A stretch of DNA of 63,248 bases, the filler included, from Aduncisulcus paluster (taxonomy: Eukaryota), in assembly GCA_024181965.1 (NCBI GenBank). It is 23 parts of 23 records of this genome, joined end to end, with 100 filler letters (N's around TTAATTAATTAA, not from the genome) between each part and the next. Parts side by side here need not be neighbours in the genome. Positions count along the whole stretch, not along the records: positions 48,021 to 49,970 come from BQXS01012180.1; positions 50,071 to 57,759 come from BQXS01012181.1; positions 57,860 to 59,152 come from BQXS01012182.1; positions 59,253 to 60,428 come from BQXS01012183.1; positions 60,529 to 61,685 come from BQXS01012184.1; positions 61,786 to 63,248 come from BQXS01012186.1; 17 more parts are not named here. One strand, 5' to 3'. Under the pieces are notes generated by a model. The model saw nothing but the letters and a program-made list of their open reading frames with translations, ran no database searches and had not been told where the DNA came from. The position numbers were made by a program, and so were the translations under genes. The first letter of the stretch is position 1. Every line of letters starts with the position of its first letter. Positions 49,010-62,041 of this stretch are shown here, piece by piece.

Positions 49010-50070
49010 GTACTTAGTTGTATTAACACATAAATAATTATAAAAATGAAGGAGATTAAACACTATCAGGAACCTGCATGGTGGTCACTCGCACAAACGA
49101 AACCGGGGGCATCGCAGACATCATCGAAACACGATTCCAAGAAGAGGAAGTCGTCTAAGCTGCCCTGTTCCATGTTCACACGGTACATGCACGCCATCAA
49201 GAGATCGGACAACACTTCTTATCTCACCCTTCGCAGAGACACCTCATCCGATCCATCGCCATCCTCGAGCAAATGAACTTCAATAATGTTTTCCAGGAAG
49301 TGATGCGTTGCAAAGATGTGTTTATGATTGAATATGATGATCTTCAGACCCTTCTTGGGTGTTGTAGAGTGTATCGTAATGGAATGTTTCAATGGAAATG
49401 TATTTGGAGATGCACTGTGTTCTGTGTTCAGAAGAATTTCCAGGAAGAGGAGAAAGAGAGAGAGAGAAGGGAAAAAAGATCTGAAGGGAAAGAAAGGAAG
49501 AAGTTTGAAGATTGGAATAATGGAGAAGAAGAAGAAATCTTTCTCGTCTGCAGCTTTAAAGCTACATCCAACTGCTGCTGTAAAGACCAAGAAAGGAACA
49601 GTGTCATGTCTTCGATTAGAAGCAGAAAGACTTATTGATGCATGCCTCTGAACAAGAGACTCTGAAGGCTCTCAAAATCTCTCGAGAAGTTGAACAAGAG
49701 GCATCCAAATCCGTCCACTGTGTCAACTGTCGTGGAAGATGTGAATGAAGAAGAAGGAGTGGTTTCTGTGAGTGACAGAAGTGTAGAAGATGAGGAGAGT
49801 GATTACTCAGACGGATCTCCTCATTCGACTTCTTCTCTAACAAAAGAAACTTCTGAGGGAACTGACAGAACTGAAGAGAGTGAGGGGAAAGGAATTGGAA
49901 TTGGAATTGAAAGAAGAAGAAGCAGAAGCAGAAGAGGAAGAAGAAGAAGAAGTGGAAAGAGTAGTAGTTCNNNNNNNNNNNNNNNNNNNNNNNNNNNNNN
50001 NNNNNNNNNNNNNNTTAATTAATTAANNNNNNNNNNNNNNNNNNNNNNNNNNNNNNNNNNNNNNNNNNNN

Positions 50071-53000
50071 GACCCACTTTGACAATACTACTAAGAAGAA
50101 CAGTGATAGAATGGGTATGGATAAGCACATGTCGCATTGTATGGGAGAGTTGGGGAGGGAGACAGGTCAACAGTGATGTCAAAAGTCTGAATAAACATAC
50201 ACTGATTGTCGGACGATGTTCGATATTGTTCGATATTACTTGAACAAGGGATATGAATAAGGAATCCACACACTCCGAGAGGGAACGAACAGATTGAACA
50301 ATGGGAGAATCAGAAGATTTGTGGGCCTTCCTGACGAGGGATGATGAAGAAGAAGAAGAGGATGAAAGTTGAGAATTTGTGGCTGGAGATGAATGTTTGA
50401 GATCACGTTTCCTCTTGTGTCGGGCCTCTTTCTCCCTTTCGCTGATTGCGCATACACAGAGGGATCTCAAAAGACCAATGAAAACAGTGCTCTCCTCACA
50501 CGAACACACAGATAAAAACAACAGTGAAGAAGTTGAAGAAGGACAGTACAACAGCGGTAGGAAATGGGAGGGAGAAGGGAGAAGATTCAAGGTTAATGTA
50601 AGTAAGGACTGAACCATTAATGTGCATGTCTGGGGACGTGTCAAAGCAGGTAAGGGAGTAAAGGTCGAGTCAGTGTCCTCATTGACATCGGCATCATCGG
50701 GAAGACACTGTTCCTGATGTTGTGAAGGCTCGTGATGGTGTTGGGTTATTGTTTTTTTCCAGTGAGTGTTTCCAGTAGCATTATTTGTTCCCTTTGTATC
50801 AGAAGAACCATTGAGAGGCACGGAGACACTTGAAGCAACCAGACTACTTCTCCGTCTTCTCCTTTCGACTCTTTTCATTCTCTTCTCATGCCTTTCTTTC
50901 TTCCTCCTCACTCTCTCTCCCTTCTCTTTCTTCCTCTCTACTTCTCTCCGAATGACCCATAGTTTAATTGCAGAGAGGAGATTCATGAGGGTATACGACT
51001 GGGACAGTGTTGTAATAGACACCGACACAGAAGTAGACAGAGAGAGAGATAGAGAAGAAACTATCATCAGCATGTACTCTGGTGAAGGAGCAAATACAGG
51101 AATAGAGTGTAGAACGTAAGAGAGGACAGGACTAAAGAAGTCAGGAGAAATGAGCGATTTAATGGATCCTCCTTGTTTAAGAATAGCACTGAATATGGAC
51201 TCATAATGATCGACCGTGTGATATATCCAAGATTTATCCCGTTGAATACTATTCCGAGATTGGACAACAGAAGTGGCAGTGACAAAACCAACACGATTAC
51301 TCCCAGTCCCACCATTAGAATTAGGATTTGAATGAATGGAAGAACTTGATAAGTTGTGACGTCGTCTATCCTTCCCACGAGTATGAGAAGAAGCTGTAGA
51401 AGAAGGAGATAAAGGACCCTGGGCCGCACTAATCATGGTTAACATCCTCTCCTCATCCTCGCTGGAGGAAGAACTCGAAGGAGAGGAAGAGGTTGTTAAA
51501 GAATCGGACAGTGTCATGGATTGTTTGTTAGCACCGTTTGAAGAGAAACGTTGAGGGGACTGACATGCTTCTTTCTCAAGTTTTTGATTCTTTCTCACCT
51601 CAGTCTTCCTCACACATTGCAAAGAAAGATCGAGAATGGGACATAATATTGAGAGAGGAGGAAGGGAGAGTGTTGTTTGGTTAAGCTGGAGCTGTATTCC
51701 ACCTGACTTCTTACCATTAGAATCATTATACTTCGAGGAAATCAAAGAAGGAGTGTTGGCACCAAATGTAAGCACCTCCATCTCTTCTTCCCCTTCTCCA
51801 TCAAGAGATTCATCAACACATACTCCACACACACGCTCATTTACACAGACATCCGAGCACACATCCTCAGCAACATCACATGACTCAGCATATAATGATA
51901 CAAAAGACATACATACGTGGGACAGGAACAATGAGAACAATGTCTCAAGGGATCTCGGGATGGATTGAGAAGGAAACAACGAGAGAGACAAGGCTTCTTC
52001 ATCAATGAGAACAGATATCAGCGTGTGTACGATATGATGGTGTGAGCATGGAACAGGAAAGAGGGACAAGGAAGAAGGTAGGAGCGACATCACTGGTTGC
52101 TTCATGTCAGGAACAAGAGCTGCAGCACTGAGAGATTTCATTGAAGAGAACTGAGCATATAAAGATTGATCTGGACCACTCTGGGTATCATTGTTATTAT
52201 TAGTGCTATCTTCCTCTTGTTCATCATCTTCTTCCTCACAATGGATAAGTTTGGCCACTTCATCCTCCATCTCAGCCGTGGGGGAAGGAACTGTAGTCAT
52301 CATAGATGTCCCACTATCATCACCAGCTGTGGCATTAGTATCGTATTTCACATCACTATCACCATGATGATCCTTTAAGGACTTGGATATAACATCCTTT
52401 GCTGTATCCGACATCAATTGGTCTTTCTTTCCTTCACTATCGTCGCCTACTAAAAGATGGTCTTGATTATGTTGTTGTCTTGTGCTCTTCAGATCAGCTT
52501 GAGCATCACTCTTATGAAGTTCCCCAATGATCTTCACCTCCTCTTCGATTCTCCTCTTATTCTCTTCTTCCTTTCTCTGTTTCTCTGCTTCCCTTCTCCT
52601 TCTTTCACGAACAGTCACATCCACAACGGACTCCTTAACGTTCTTCTTCTCATGTGGAAGTAAATCGATGTGGAGGGCATTGTTCGTCACATGGACACAC
52701 ATAGTTAGTGTGGATGCGAGAAGAAGAATACCGTCAGATACAGAGGGAAGCCCAAGAGACGACGAGAAAGAGCCTGAAGAGGAACTCTGGTATATCCTTG
52801 AATCATTAAAGAGGGCATACAAGGAAGACGCATCGTTGATGGACATATCCGATCCGATTGAACCAACAGAAGAGGAAGAGGAAGAGGAACTCATGTTGTG
52901 AGGAGGAAGATGAGAATGACTAGAACTGGCCATCTCATCATCGTACAGATCTCTCGAGTATTTCATGGAATATACACTGGGAATGGTTGACAGAGTCGCT

Positions 53001-56000
53001 AGATTGATAGATGTAAACAGATTAGGAGGATTAGAATGTTCTGAGGGGATCAAGGAAGCAAGAGGAGGAGGAATGAATCGACTTTCCTCTTTGGTACATG
53101 AACGTGGTTTACATCCTTGTCCAGACAATGATTTCATGACAGAACCACAGTTCCCACTATTGTACTGTCTAATCCTTGTAGTACCTATAGTCTGCTTCGG
53201 CTTAGATGATCCCTGATGATCGGACATGGAAGATGCAGTGAATCTTGACACACCCAATGAATGTCTGAGACTTCCCTTCACTTGTTCAGTGTCTGACATC
53301 CTCTGAGCACGCTGAGATCTCAAAGAAGGACTTGAAGATGAAGAGGCAGAGGCAGAGGATGATGCGCCTACTGTTGTGTGACGCATGATGTATTGTACAG
53401 GCGATAAGGCCAACAAAGTACTCTTGGGGCAAAAGGGACAGAAAGACACGGAAGAGGACGAAGAACCATCGGAGGATGAAGATTCTTCTTCTCCTTCCTC
53501 TTCTTCTCCCAATATCTCCTCTGGTACTTCCTCCAAGAAGGAATGTGCAGAATCGTCCCCATCCTCCTCTTCGTCATGACCAATTGGTTTGGACAGTCTA
53601 GACAAAGAATGATCATCTGAAGAAGAGGGCTTTCGGGAGGATAATATCTCTCGCCCAATGACCTCATCGGAAAGCTTATCCCGTTGCTTTTCACGCTGTC
53701 TCTGCCTTTTCTCCCGCTGCCAGAGTGATTCCCATCTCTTTCGTTCGCTCTCTCTTCCCTCACGAACTGCCTGTCCCATACATTCACATAACCCCACAGA
53801 TAAAAATGCCTGCCAAACATCAACCGATGATACCAGAGTCGATATAAAGGTCATGGTTGAGAGTGAAAGGATGGATGCGGGGGGGAATGGGAACACTGGG
53901 TGAACATATTCTCCCAAGCCAACTCCAGAACTGCCCGAGGAAGAACACGAACCACCATGACCATCGATCGATTTCATTCCCTTTGTAGGTATTGAGCCAG
54001 TACCCTTTGTAGGTATTGAGCCAAGAACAGAGGAAGAGGAAGAAGCCGAGAGAGTCGATGCATCAACAAAGTACTCTTGGGGCAAAAGGGACAGAAAGAC
54101 ACGGAAGAGGACGAAGAACCATCGGAGGATGAAGATTCTTCTTCTCCTTCCTCTTCTTCTCCCAATATCTCCTCTGGTACTTCCTCCAAGAAGGAATGTG
54201 CAGAATCGTCCCCATCCTCCTCTTCGTCATGACCAATTGGTTTGGACAGTCTAGACAAAGAATGATCATCTGAAGAAGAGGGCTTTCGGGAGGATAATAT
54301 CTCTCGCCCAATGACCTCATCGGAAAGCTTATCCCGTTGCTTTTCACGCTGTCTCTGCCTTTTCTCCCGCTGCCAGAGTGATTCCCATCTCTTTCGTTCG
54401 CTCTCTCTTCCCTCACGAACTGCCTGTCCCATACATTCACATAACCCCACAGATAAAAATGCCTGCCAAACATCAACCGATGATACCAGAGTCGATATAA
54501 AGGTCATGGTTGAGAGTGAAAGGATGGATGCGGGGGGGAATGGGAACACTGGGTGAACATATTCTCCCAAGCCAACTCCAGAACTGCCCGAGGAAGAACA
54601 CGAACCACCATGACCATCGATCGATTTCATTCCCTTTGTAGGTATTGAGCCAGTACCCTTTGTAGGTATTGAGCCAAGAACAGAGGAAGAGGAAGAAGCC
54701 GAGAGAGTCGATGCATGTGACGAGTGCTGAATGAATGGCCCGACACATGGAGTGGGCGAGTCACTCATGATAATCCCATCACAGTCAAGGGTAACAGTGG
54801 CTTCCGTTCCACTCACACACATGCACAAGAGTCTGACACATTCCCTGATACCACTGAGACGAGGAGAGCAGTTACCGATGTTAAATGACTTTAAAATGCT
54901 CTTTAAAGATGGAACATGAGATGAAGAACTTGAGATTGGCATTGAGAGATCTGTACAGACACCCCCGAAACGCTTAGCTTGAGACATTAAGTGACACACA
55001 CTAAACAATTCCTTCTTTGTCTTTTCCTGGAGAGTATTATGTGTTGAGTATAGGGAAACAGAGAGAATGAATAAATGAATAAAGGGGATTGGAGAAGGAA
55101 GAGAGAGGGAGAGAATAACCTCACTCGTGAGTACAGTCATCGAGAAGGCAGCAGATACTAATGATGCAAGTTCCAACGGTTGTGAAACCTCAACAAACGA
55201 ACTAGGAAGGAAGAAGAAGAAGAAGAAGAAGAAGAAGAAGATGTAGAGCTATGCATACCAGTCCTATCCCTAAATCCCTGTGGATATAAAGCTGTTCGAA
55301 GAATACTCCCAGACGAAGCGTAGATATAAGTTGGACGGCTCAAGGATGTTTGGACAGACTGAGTGTATTGGTGAGCACATTGTAAAAGTTCTTGTTGCGA
55401 TGAACTAGAAAGATAGAAAGGTGTAAATATTGACGAGAATAGCGATTGTGATTGTTGAGATTGCGATGATGATGGTCCTCCAATGTCTTTTCTTCCACTA
55501 TCAGAAACTGAAGGTGACAAAGACCTATCTGGACTTCCAGTAAGAGGAGAGGAGGATAATGATGCTTGATAGAGTTGTAAGGATGAAGATACTAGTCTCC
55601 CAGTGCTACGATCACCATGTCGAAATCCCATTCCTACTTGAGTTAGACCACCCCCACCCCCACCTCCAGATCTATAGAGAGCTTGGGGAGAGAGTGGACG
55701 GCCATGTGAATCCGTTGGATATTTTAAGCCGCAATTCTCAAGTTCAGCACGCAGGTCAGCTGCAGCCGCACTGTTGAGAGTGGTTAACATTCCATGGCCA
55801 AATGATAGGGGTGGCTGAGGCATTGGATAGACATATAGGGCCTTAGAAATAGGATTTGAGAGTGTTGATGGAATATGCTTAACAACTGAGGGGGCAGAGG
55901 AACAGGGTTTTGTCGGCTTTTTGCGCAAGGATATCCGCGAATTCGAAAATACAGAGGAAGAGGGTCTAATATGGAACAAATGATAAGGATGATTAAAAAT

Positions 56001-56709
56001 AGAGGCATGAGTCAATGATTTTCCACTGATACCCGCGAATATATGCAATAAATAATACGAAACATCTACTAAAATAGAGATAGCGTAATCAGTATCATCT
56101 AATTCCGATCGTGCCAAATAAACTCCATTAATCGCACGTTTTACCGAGTTAATAAGATTTAATAATGCTGAAATTCCATTTATCTCCCACAAATATATCG
56201 CATTGCGAGAAGACCGAAGAGCAATTGCAGAAGATGATACAAGGGCTAGAAGATACATGGGGAAACCCGCATTGTCAAAAAATCCAAGTGTACTATGCTT
56301 TGTAATCTTGACAGATATCTTTTGAAGTTCTGAGGCAGCATAATTCCAATGAAGAGGTAAAGTGCGTAAAAAAGCAATAGGAGATGCTGCAGGTGTAATT
56401 TGAATGATCAAAGGATACTTTCTAAATGCAGGATCAGTAATTTTGACAGAAGTGGGTGAATTTACAAAATGTGGCATCCATTCTGAAGGCAGCTCAGGAT
56501 ACCAATTTTCATAATATATGTTAAAGGATTGGGCAAATATCGTATATTCTTCAATATTTTTAATTGTCCCAACTTGTTTATAGTAATCATTCAAGGATTT
56601 AGGAAAGGAATCAGGCTAATTCATAATTATGAGTAATATCATGGATAACAGAAAAAAACTATAAAGAAAAGTCACATACAAATTCGGATTTATCAATAAT
56701 ACTTGGCAT
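50071..56709 (-). CDS. Very large (~1900+ aa) low-complexity/helical protein, 3' partial; first intron 56679-56616
   Basis: Exon 1 MPSIIDKSEF splices in frame (GTATGT...TTAG, 64 nt). The next frame change is resolved by a candidate intron 55258-55158 or an indel; the third by removing the 653-bp duplication. Confidence 0.7.
53411..54716. repeat. 653-bp direct tandem duplication inside the CDS
   Basis: 53411-54063 matches 54064-54716 with no N gap. The length is not a multiple of 3. Confidence 0.9.
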
Positions 56710-57470
56710 TATTTCCTGTAAGTTCTTCCAAAGGATCAAAATCAAAAAAACTATGAATAAGAAACTAGAAATTAAATTGGTTGCATATTTTCAATGTTAC
56801 ATAACAAGTCCAAAAATATTTATTACTTTTGCTATTAAATTGACCACAGCAGCCCAATACAGACATTTGTCCAAATCAATCATATTGGGCACTATTCATG
56901 AAAACATGGGCATTAAAATGAATTCAAAACCAATAGTCAACATTCCATTTCTAACATATTTAGATGTTGGAGGGTGCTGATTTCCATAGAACAGAGATGG
57001 AAAGGGAAATTTGAAATGTGATTGATACAATTGTGGAATATATACGGGCTAATATTCATCATTTGAGAATCAATTATCTATGAAGCACAATTAACGAGGA
57101 GATATTCCGGGTGAATCATACCAAAGTTGTTGTTGTTGTTGGACAGGAACAGGAATAGAATTCAATTGGGATGGAAAATGACTTTAAATTTGGATGGAAT
57201 GTCTGAAGAAATAACAAGGGCTGATTTTTCCGAGTGTCTCTCTAGTTATTATATTGTCCATATCATATTTGCATGTAATACGAGACAAATCCATATGAGT
57301 TTGAGATGATACGAATATGAGAGATATAACCAAAATATAACACAACACATTCACAAGAAACAAACATGGATGAATATACAATATATATTAAATATATATA
57401 ATATATACATGTATGTGAGGATGTATGAATAATACGCATGTAGAATCAAGAACAATCAATCATCCACCAA

Positions 57471-57759
57471 TCAAAATGTTACCTTGCTGGTAACATGGAT
57501 GACAAAGTTTACAAGAAGAACAACAATAAACACAAAGAAAAAAATGAAACATTTGCTAAACCCGACAGAACGCACAGCACGACCAGCAACCTTGAGTTTC
57601 TCGCTTTGGAGAGATACATTCGTCTTGTTGTCGTCAATAGCGTCCTCCATGCCCTTGAAAATATCACCTTCGCTTTGCATGGCCTCACCAACGGAAATGG
57701 CCTTGGCCTTCAGATCTGTGATGAGCATTGAAATGCTATCCATTAGAGCGTGTTGCTTC
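57471..57759 (-). CDS. Qc-SNARE-like (Use1-like) C-terminus, 5' partial
   Basis: Heptads LITDLKAKA...D.N...L...EKL followed by a C-terminal TM segment. Confidence 0.65.
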
Positions 57760-57888
57760 NNNNNNNNNNNNNNNNNNNNNNNNNNNNNNNNNNNNNNNNN
57801 NNNTTAATTAATTAANNNNNNNNNNNNNNNNNNNNNNNNNNNNNNNNNNNNNNNNNNNNTCTGCGTGCTATCCAATGACAGCAGGCGA

Positions 57889-58168
57889 TGTCGCAGAGTC
57901 AACCACAGCTCCAGAGAATGCCCTAGGAGAATTGGTTAACCATAGAACCACCAGAGACAGCGCTATAGGGGCTAGTCAACAATCAGTCTCTGAAGAACCG
58001 CAATTGCATCGATCCCGGCCAGGCACTAGATTGTCATGGAGATAGTACCAATCACTCTCCGTTGAAACCAAATGCTCTAGTGGTTTTGTGAAGGTTTTCT
58101 TATCTTCTCTTTCCTTCACTTTCGCCACTCAGAAGGTTATACCACGATTTAGTTAGTTTATTGCGACA
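57889..58168 (-). mobile_element. Putative 3' LTR (280 bp)
   Basis: On the minus strand it begins TGTCGCA and ends TGCGACA (perfect 7-bp terminal inverted repeat), immediately after a purine tract and downstream of the integrase end. Confidence 0.65.
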
Positions 58169-58176
58169 TCCCCCTT
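58169..58176 (-). promoter_or_regulatory. Polypurine tract AAGGGGGA
   Basis: Directly abuts the TG start of the putative LTR. Confidence 0.6.
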
Positions 58177-58869
58177 AGAAGGAGGAGGGTGTGGTAGGTC
58201 AGATTCCCCATAAGTAAATTGTATCACATTACCCCTAGGAAGGTATACCACATCGGCGTGTGGTAATAATAAATCTGTGAACTCGGAACGTCAAGAACTT
58301 TACTTGTAAGATAAAAGGAACGAACAACTAAAAATAGTATAACTTGATGAAGGCAACATCACCCAGCGAGAGATTAAAATAATAATAAAAGAATAAAAAT
58401 AATATAAAACAATAATTAAAAAGCAATTATTTCCAGAAAAGAATATTATATTTGTGGCTAGTTCCGCCACAACAGATGCTAATAGATCGTCCGGGGTCGT
58501 ACTTACAATATTGGCGGAACTTTTTCAGAAAACTTCGGAAAATGGATTTCCCAAAGCCAAATAAAATAGGAGCTGTAAGCTAAGCCAAATTTATTCAAAT
58601 AAACGGTTCTATAAATAGGACATCCCTGAGAATGTCTGTAGATAAGGATCAATGTCCGTAACACTACTCCTTCTTGTGGGTTAATGATACCCTATTGGAT
58701 ATAGCGCACAAATTTACTGAATATAATACACTCATATCGAGTTCCGGCAATGTTCCATATGCCACACTACCCTTTTCTTCAATAAACGCTGTCATCAGTA
58801 GTTTCCGTTTCCTCCTCCATTTCATAAGGTCCAAACGTAAAATTAAAAAATCAATGATAATAAATGAAT

Positions 58870-59152
58870 TTATATTTTGTTTTCAATAAGATAATCTTTG
58901 AAAATCGTTAAATTGCAAATTGTCTCTGATTTTTCCCAAGATTTCACTTTTTGTCTTCCGATCGCCCATTCGACCAGAAACAAAGTACCGTCAGATGTGT
59001 TTCTGTGTTCAATTATTTTAATAACTCTACCGTCGAACTTTTCAGACACGTCTATTCTTTGGTTCCCGAAAAACTCTCTTAATCTGCTGATGTGTAACAC
59101 TTTCTGTATCTTTTTCGTGATTTGTATTTTGTAATGAAACTTATCCACTTTT
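58870..59152 (-). mobile_element. Ty3/gypsy-type integrase C-terminus with chromodomain, 5' partial
   Basis: YKI...HISRLREF (GPY/F module tail), then VIKIIEHR...FLVEW...SWE...IFKDY chromodomain. Confidence 0.8.
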
Positions 59153-59252
59153 NNNNNNNNNNNNNNNNNNNNNNNNNNNNNNNNNNNNNNNNNNNNTTAA
59201 TTAATTAANNNNNNNNNNNNNNNNNNNNNNNNNNNNNNNNNNNNNNNNNNNN

Positions 59253-60428
59253 AGATGATTTGGAATCCCTCTGCTACATTGGAGAAGGTGGATTCGGATC
59301 CGTCTACGTTGTAAAAATTAAGGGTGTTTCTCAACCGTGTGTTCTGAAGAAATTGCTTAAAGTAGGTGACAAGAAAGTTATCAAAGCATGCCGTTCGGAG
59401 TTTAAGATCCAAGTGAAGCTCTTTATGAACGCCAGATGTTTCAACCGTATTCCTCGTCCAACATTCATCCTTGATCTTCTTGATGAGAACTACAAAGGGG
59501 TGTTCGGGTTTTGCATGGAGTTTTGTATCGGGGGCAGTGTGAAAGAGTTTGCCAAGAGTTGGTGTGTCTCTTCAAGTTCCTCAGAAAGTATTCCAGAAGA
59601 AGAGAGTTCTGAAGACTCAAGCTCTGACTCTGACTCTGACTCTGACTCTGACTCTGGCTCAAGCTCCACTCGCATTAACCCCATGACTCTTGATCCTCTG
59701 AGAGTGAGTGCATTGTGTGTTGGAATGATTGAGTGTCTGTCTGAGGTGTTCACTGCCAAGCCTGACCTTTTTCACCGAGATATTAAGCCCGACAACTTTC
59801 TTGTTCGTGTTGAACCCAAGATAATCGATTGCACCATTGTCCTCTCTGATCTTGGTCTTGCTCAGATCCAAGACTCCATCTCCTCTTCCACAACTTGCAA
59901 GAGCTTTGGAGGTTTATCCTTCTCTAAGGAGTCTAAGGCTTCAGAATCTACTCCTAAAGCCCCCAAACGCTCCATTTGTGGAACCCTTGTGTACAACTCA
60001 TGCGAAGCTCTTGAAGGTATTCAAAGCCAAGAGAGTGATGCTTACTCACTCGGTCTGACTATCCTCACCATGTTCGAGGGATGTAATCCTTTCCTTCAAA
60101 TGACAGTATTACAAACTATCACTTCACCCATTCAATATGTCAAGAAACTCAAAGAGTTGATTGAAAGTAATATGGGTCCAAAACTTTCCAACTCTCGTCT
60201 TTTCAGAACCCTCAAGACCATCGAAGGTGGTAAGTTCAAGCCTGTTTATTCCTGTCTGAACGAAGTGTTCCAAGGATTGACAAAGCTGGATATCGATGAA
60301 CGTATGAGTGTTCACGAAGCCTGTGAGAAAGTTCAATCCATCAAACGTTTACTTCCAAAGATTGGAGAAGGGTGGAAATGTCCATCCATTGACGATATTG
60401 TGAAGGCTCAGCTTGCCAAGCATAAAGG
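59253..60428 (+). CDS. Ser/Thr protein kinase, family B, partial at both ends
   Basis: IGEGGFGSV, VLKK, HRDIKPDN, DLG, GTLVYNSCE, DAYSLG; shares FNRIPRP...DLLD and MTL.P with the kinase at 24749. Confidence 0.9.
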
Positions 60429-60528
60429 NNNNNNNNNNNNNNNNNNNNNNNNNNNNNNNNNNNNNNNNNNNNTTAATTAATTAANNNNNNNNNNNNNNNN
60501 NNNNNNNNNNNNNNNNNNNNNNNNNNNN

Positions 60529-61685
60529 ATTGCAAAATATGCTACCCCCATCCCAAGCCTGCTTTGGTGTTAAAGATGGGACTTTGAAACATCTGTCTTA
60601 TATTGATTGTATCTCCTCTGTATCTGAATTGCAGGGGAAACCCTTGTATGGTGCTCTTATTGATATTTCTAATGCATTCTCAGACACCGACCCTGTTCAC
60701 GCGATGAAGGCTTTAATTCATGGTGGCGCTCCCCCTCGTGTAATGAGTTACATGAGATCAGCTTGGGAACACACACATGCCTTCATGCGGGGTAGAGCTG
60801 GAATTATTGATAAAGACATCAACTGTGGTGTGATCCAGGGTGACCCGTTGTCTGCCCCGGTGTTTGCCATAGTGATCAAAGAAGCCATGAACAAAATGAC
60901 TGAGGTTTTGTCAAGAGGTCGTAAACTGGTGGATGTAGAAGGGGCCAAAGACTATCGTGTTCTTGCATATGCAGATGATCTGATAGCCGTTTCTCCGAAC
61001 GTCGACCTTCTTGATGAGGCTATCAAGGTATTAAGTAATGAAATTGCGAAGCTTGGACTTTCCCTAAATCCTGCGAAGACTGTCCTTGTCCGGCTGTCCT
61101 CTCACTCTCCCGTGTCTTCCCTTTGTGTTGAAGGGAACCCCTCGTATACTGCGACTTCTGTTGACTGTTGCAAGTACTTGGGTGCTCATATTGGCTGTGA
61201 CAGGAAACTCTGTTATCAGAATACTAAAGATTATATCAAAGGTGTTCTTGAGGAGTTGGAAAACATATGTAAGGTGCTTCCATGCTACTATGCTTATACT
61301 CTTGCTCGTATTTGTATTCTGCCCAGAATGGCTTACTTATTGAGAGTCTGTCATGTGGATGCTAAAGATTTGGCTGAAACTGATAGATCTGTTGTGGATA
61401 TTCTCCGTAAACATAACATCATTCGAGACGACGTTGCCCCTTTATCGATCTTCGGAAAGATTAGGGAAGCTGGTCTTGGTATTCCGTCCGCAGAGAGAGG
61501 ACGCATCACTGCTCTTATCAAGGGTGGATCTATCTGCAGGGATTCATATCCCAAACTCTTTAATGAAGCTAGCAAGTGGAATCTCTCCCTTGCAGCAATG
61601 CAGAAGGAAGCCCAACGCATCAATGACGGCAAAGCTGTGAATACCAGATATGAACGTTACTTCAAATGTACCAACAGTATCTTTT
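60529..61685 (+). mobile_element. Non-LTR retrotransposon reverse transcriptase (RT core plus thumb), partial
   Basis: IDISNAF, GVIQGDPLS..F, AYADDL, GLSLNPAKT, KYLG, LPRMAYLLR, GLGIP. Confidence 0.92.
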
Positions 61686-61785
61686 NNNNNNNNNNNNNNN
61701 NNNNNNNNNNNNNNNNNNNNNNNNNNNNNTTAATTAATTAANNNNNNNNNNNNNNNNNNNNNNNNNNNNNNNNNNNNNNNNNNNN

Positions 61786-62041
61786 GAGTAATTAACTCAT
61801 GTTTTTGAGCCAAAGAGTGACTGACAGGGGTTTCTTTCTGCACCATGGATTGTAACATTGAAGTAAGCTTCTGTACAGCACCGGTAAGTGCATCGATTTG
61901 AGTTTGTTGTTTATGGAGCATTGCTTCCATAGGAACTTTTTCCTCCTCCTCTTCAGAGGGGTTCAAATTAGTTCCATATTGAATTAAAGTTGGGGCAGTC
62001 CCGCCAGGCTGCTTGTTGGGCGGGGAATGGAATACCGGCAT
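61786..62041 (-). CDS. N-terminus of a hypothetical, possibly Gag/ORF1-like protein, 3' partial
   Basis: ATG after an AT-rich run; Pro-rich start, then a short coiled coil (QQTQIDALTGAVQKLTSML). Confidence 0.5.

Noticed and set aside
49046..49970. TAA-as-Gln genetic code suggested by protein-like frames interrupted by TAA
   Set aside because: Conserved genes (NIP7, Rab, LIS1, IFT172) end at TAA at the expected positions. This region is more likely a decayed gene, and its strand could not be determined.
58112..58137. Minimal hammerhead in the LTR (CTGAGTGGCGAAA on the minus strand)
   Set aside because: The core must be CUGANGA; here it is CUGAGUG.
58463..58472. 10-mer TTGTGGCGGA shared with the structured element at 10271
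   Set aside because: A single 10-mer match without flanking similarity is expected by chance in a window this size.
3045..61785. Regularly recurring TTAATTAATTAA palindrome as a biological repeat
   Set aside because: It is always centred in a fixed 100-bp N block, so it is an artificial spacer. ORF ends reading LIN or N, and any cross-linker gene clusters, are artefacts.
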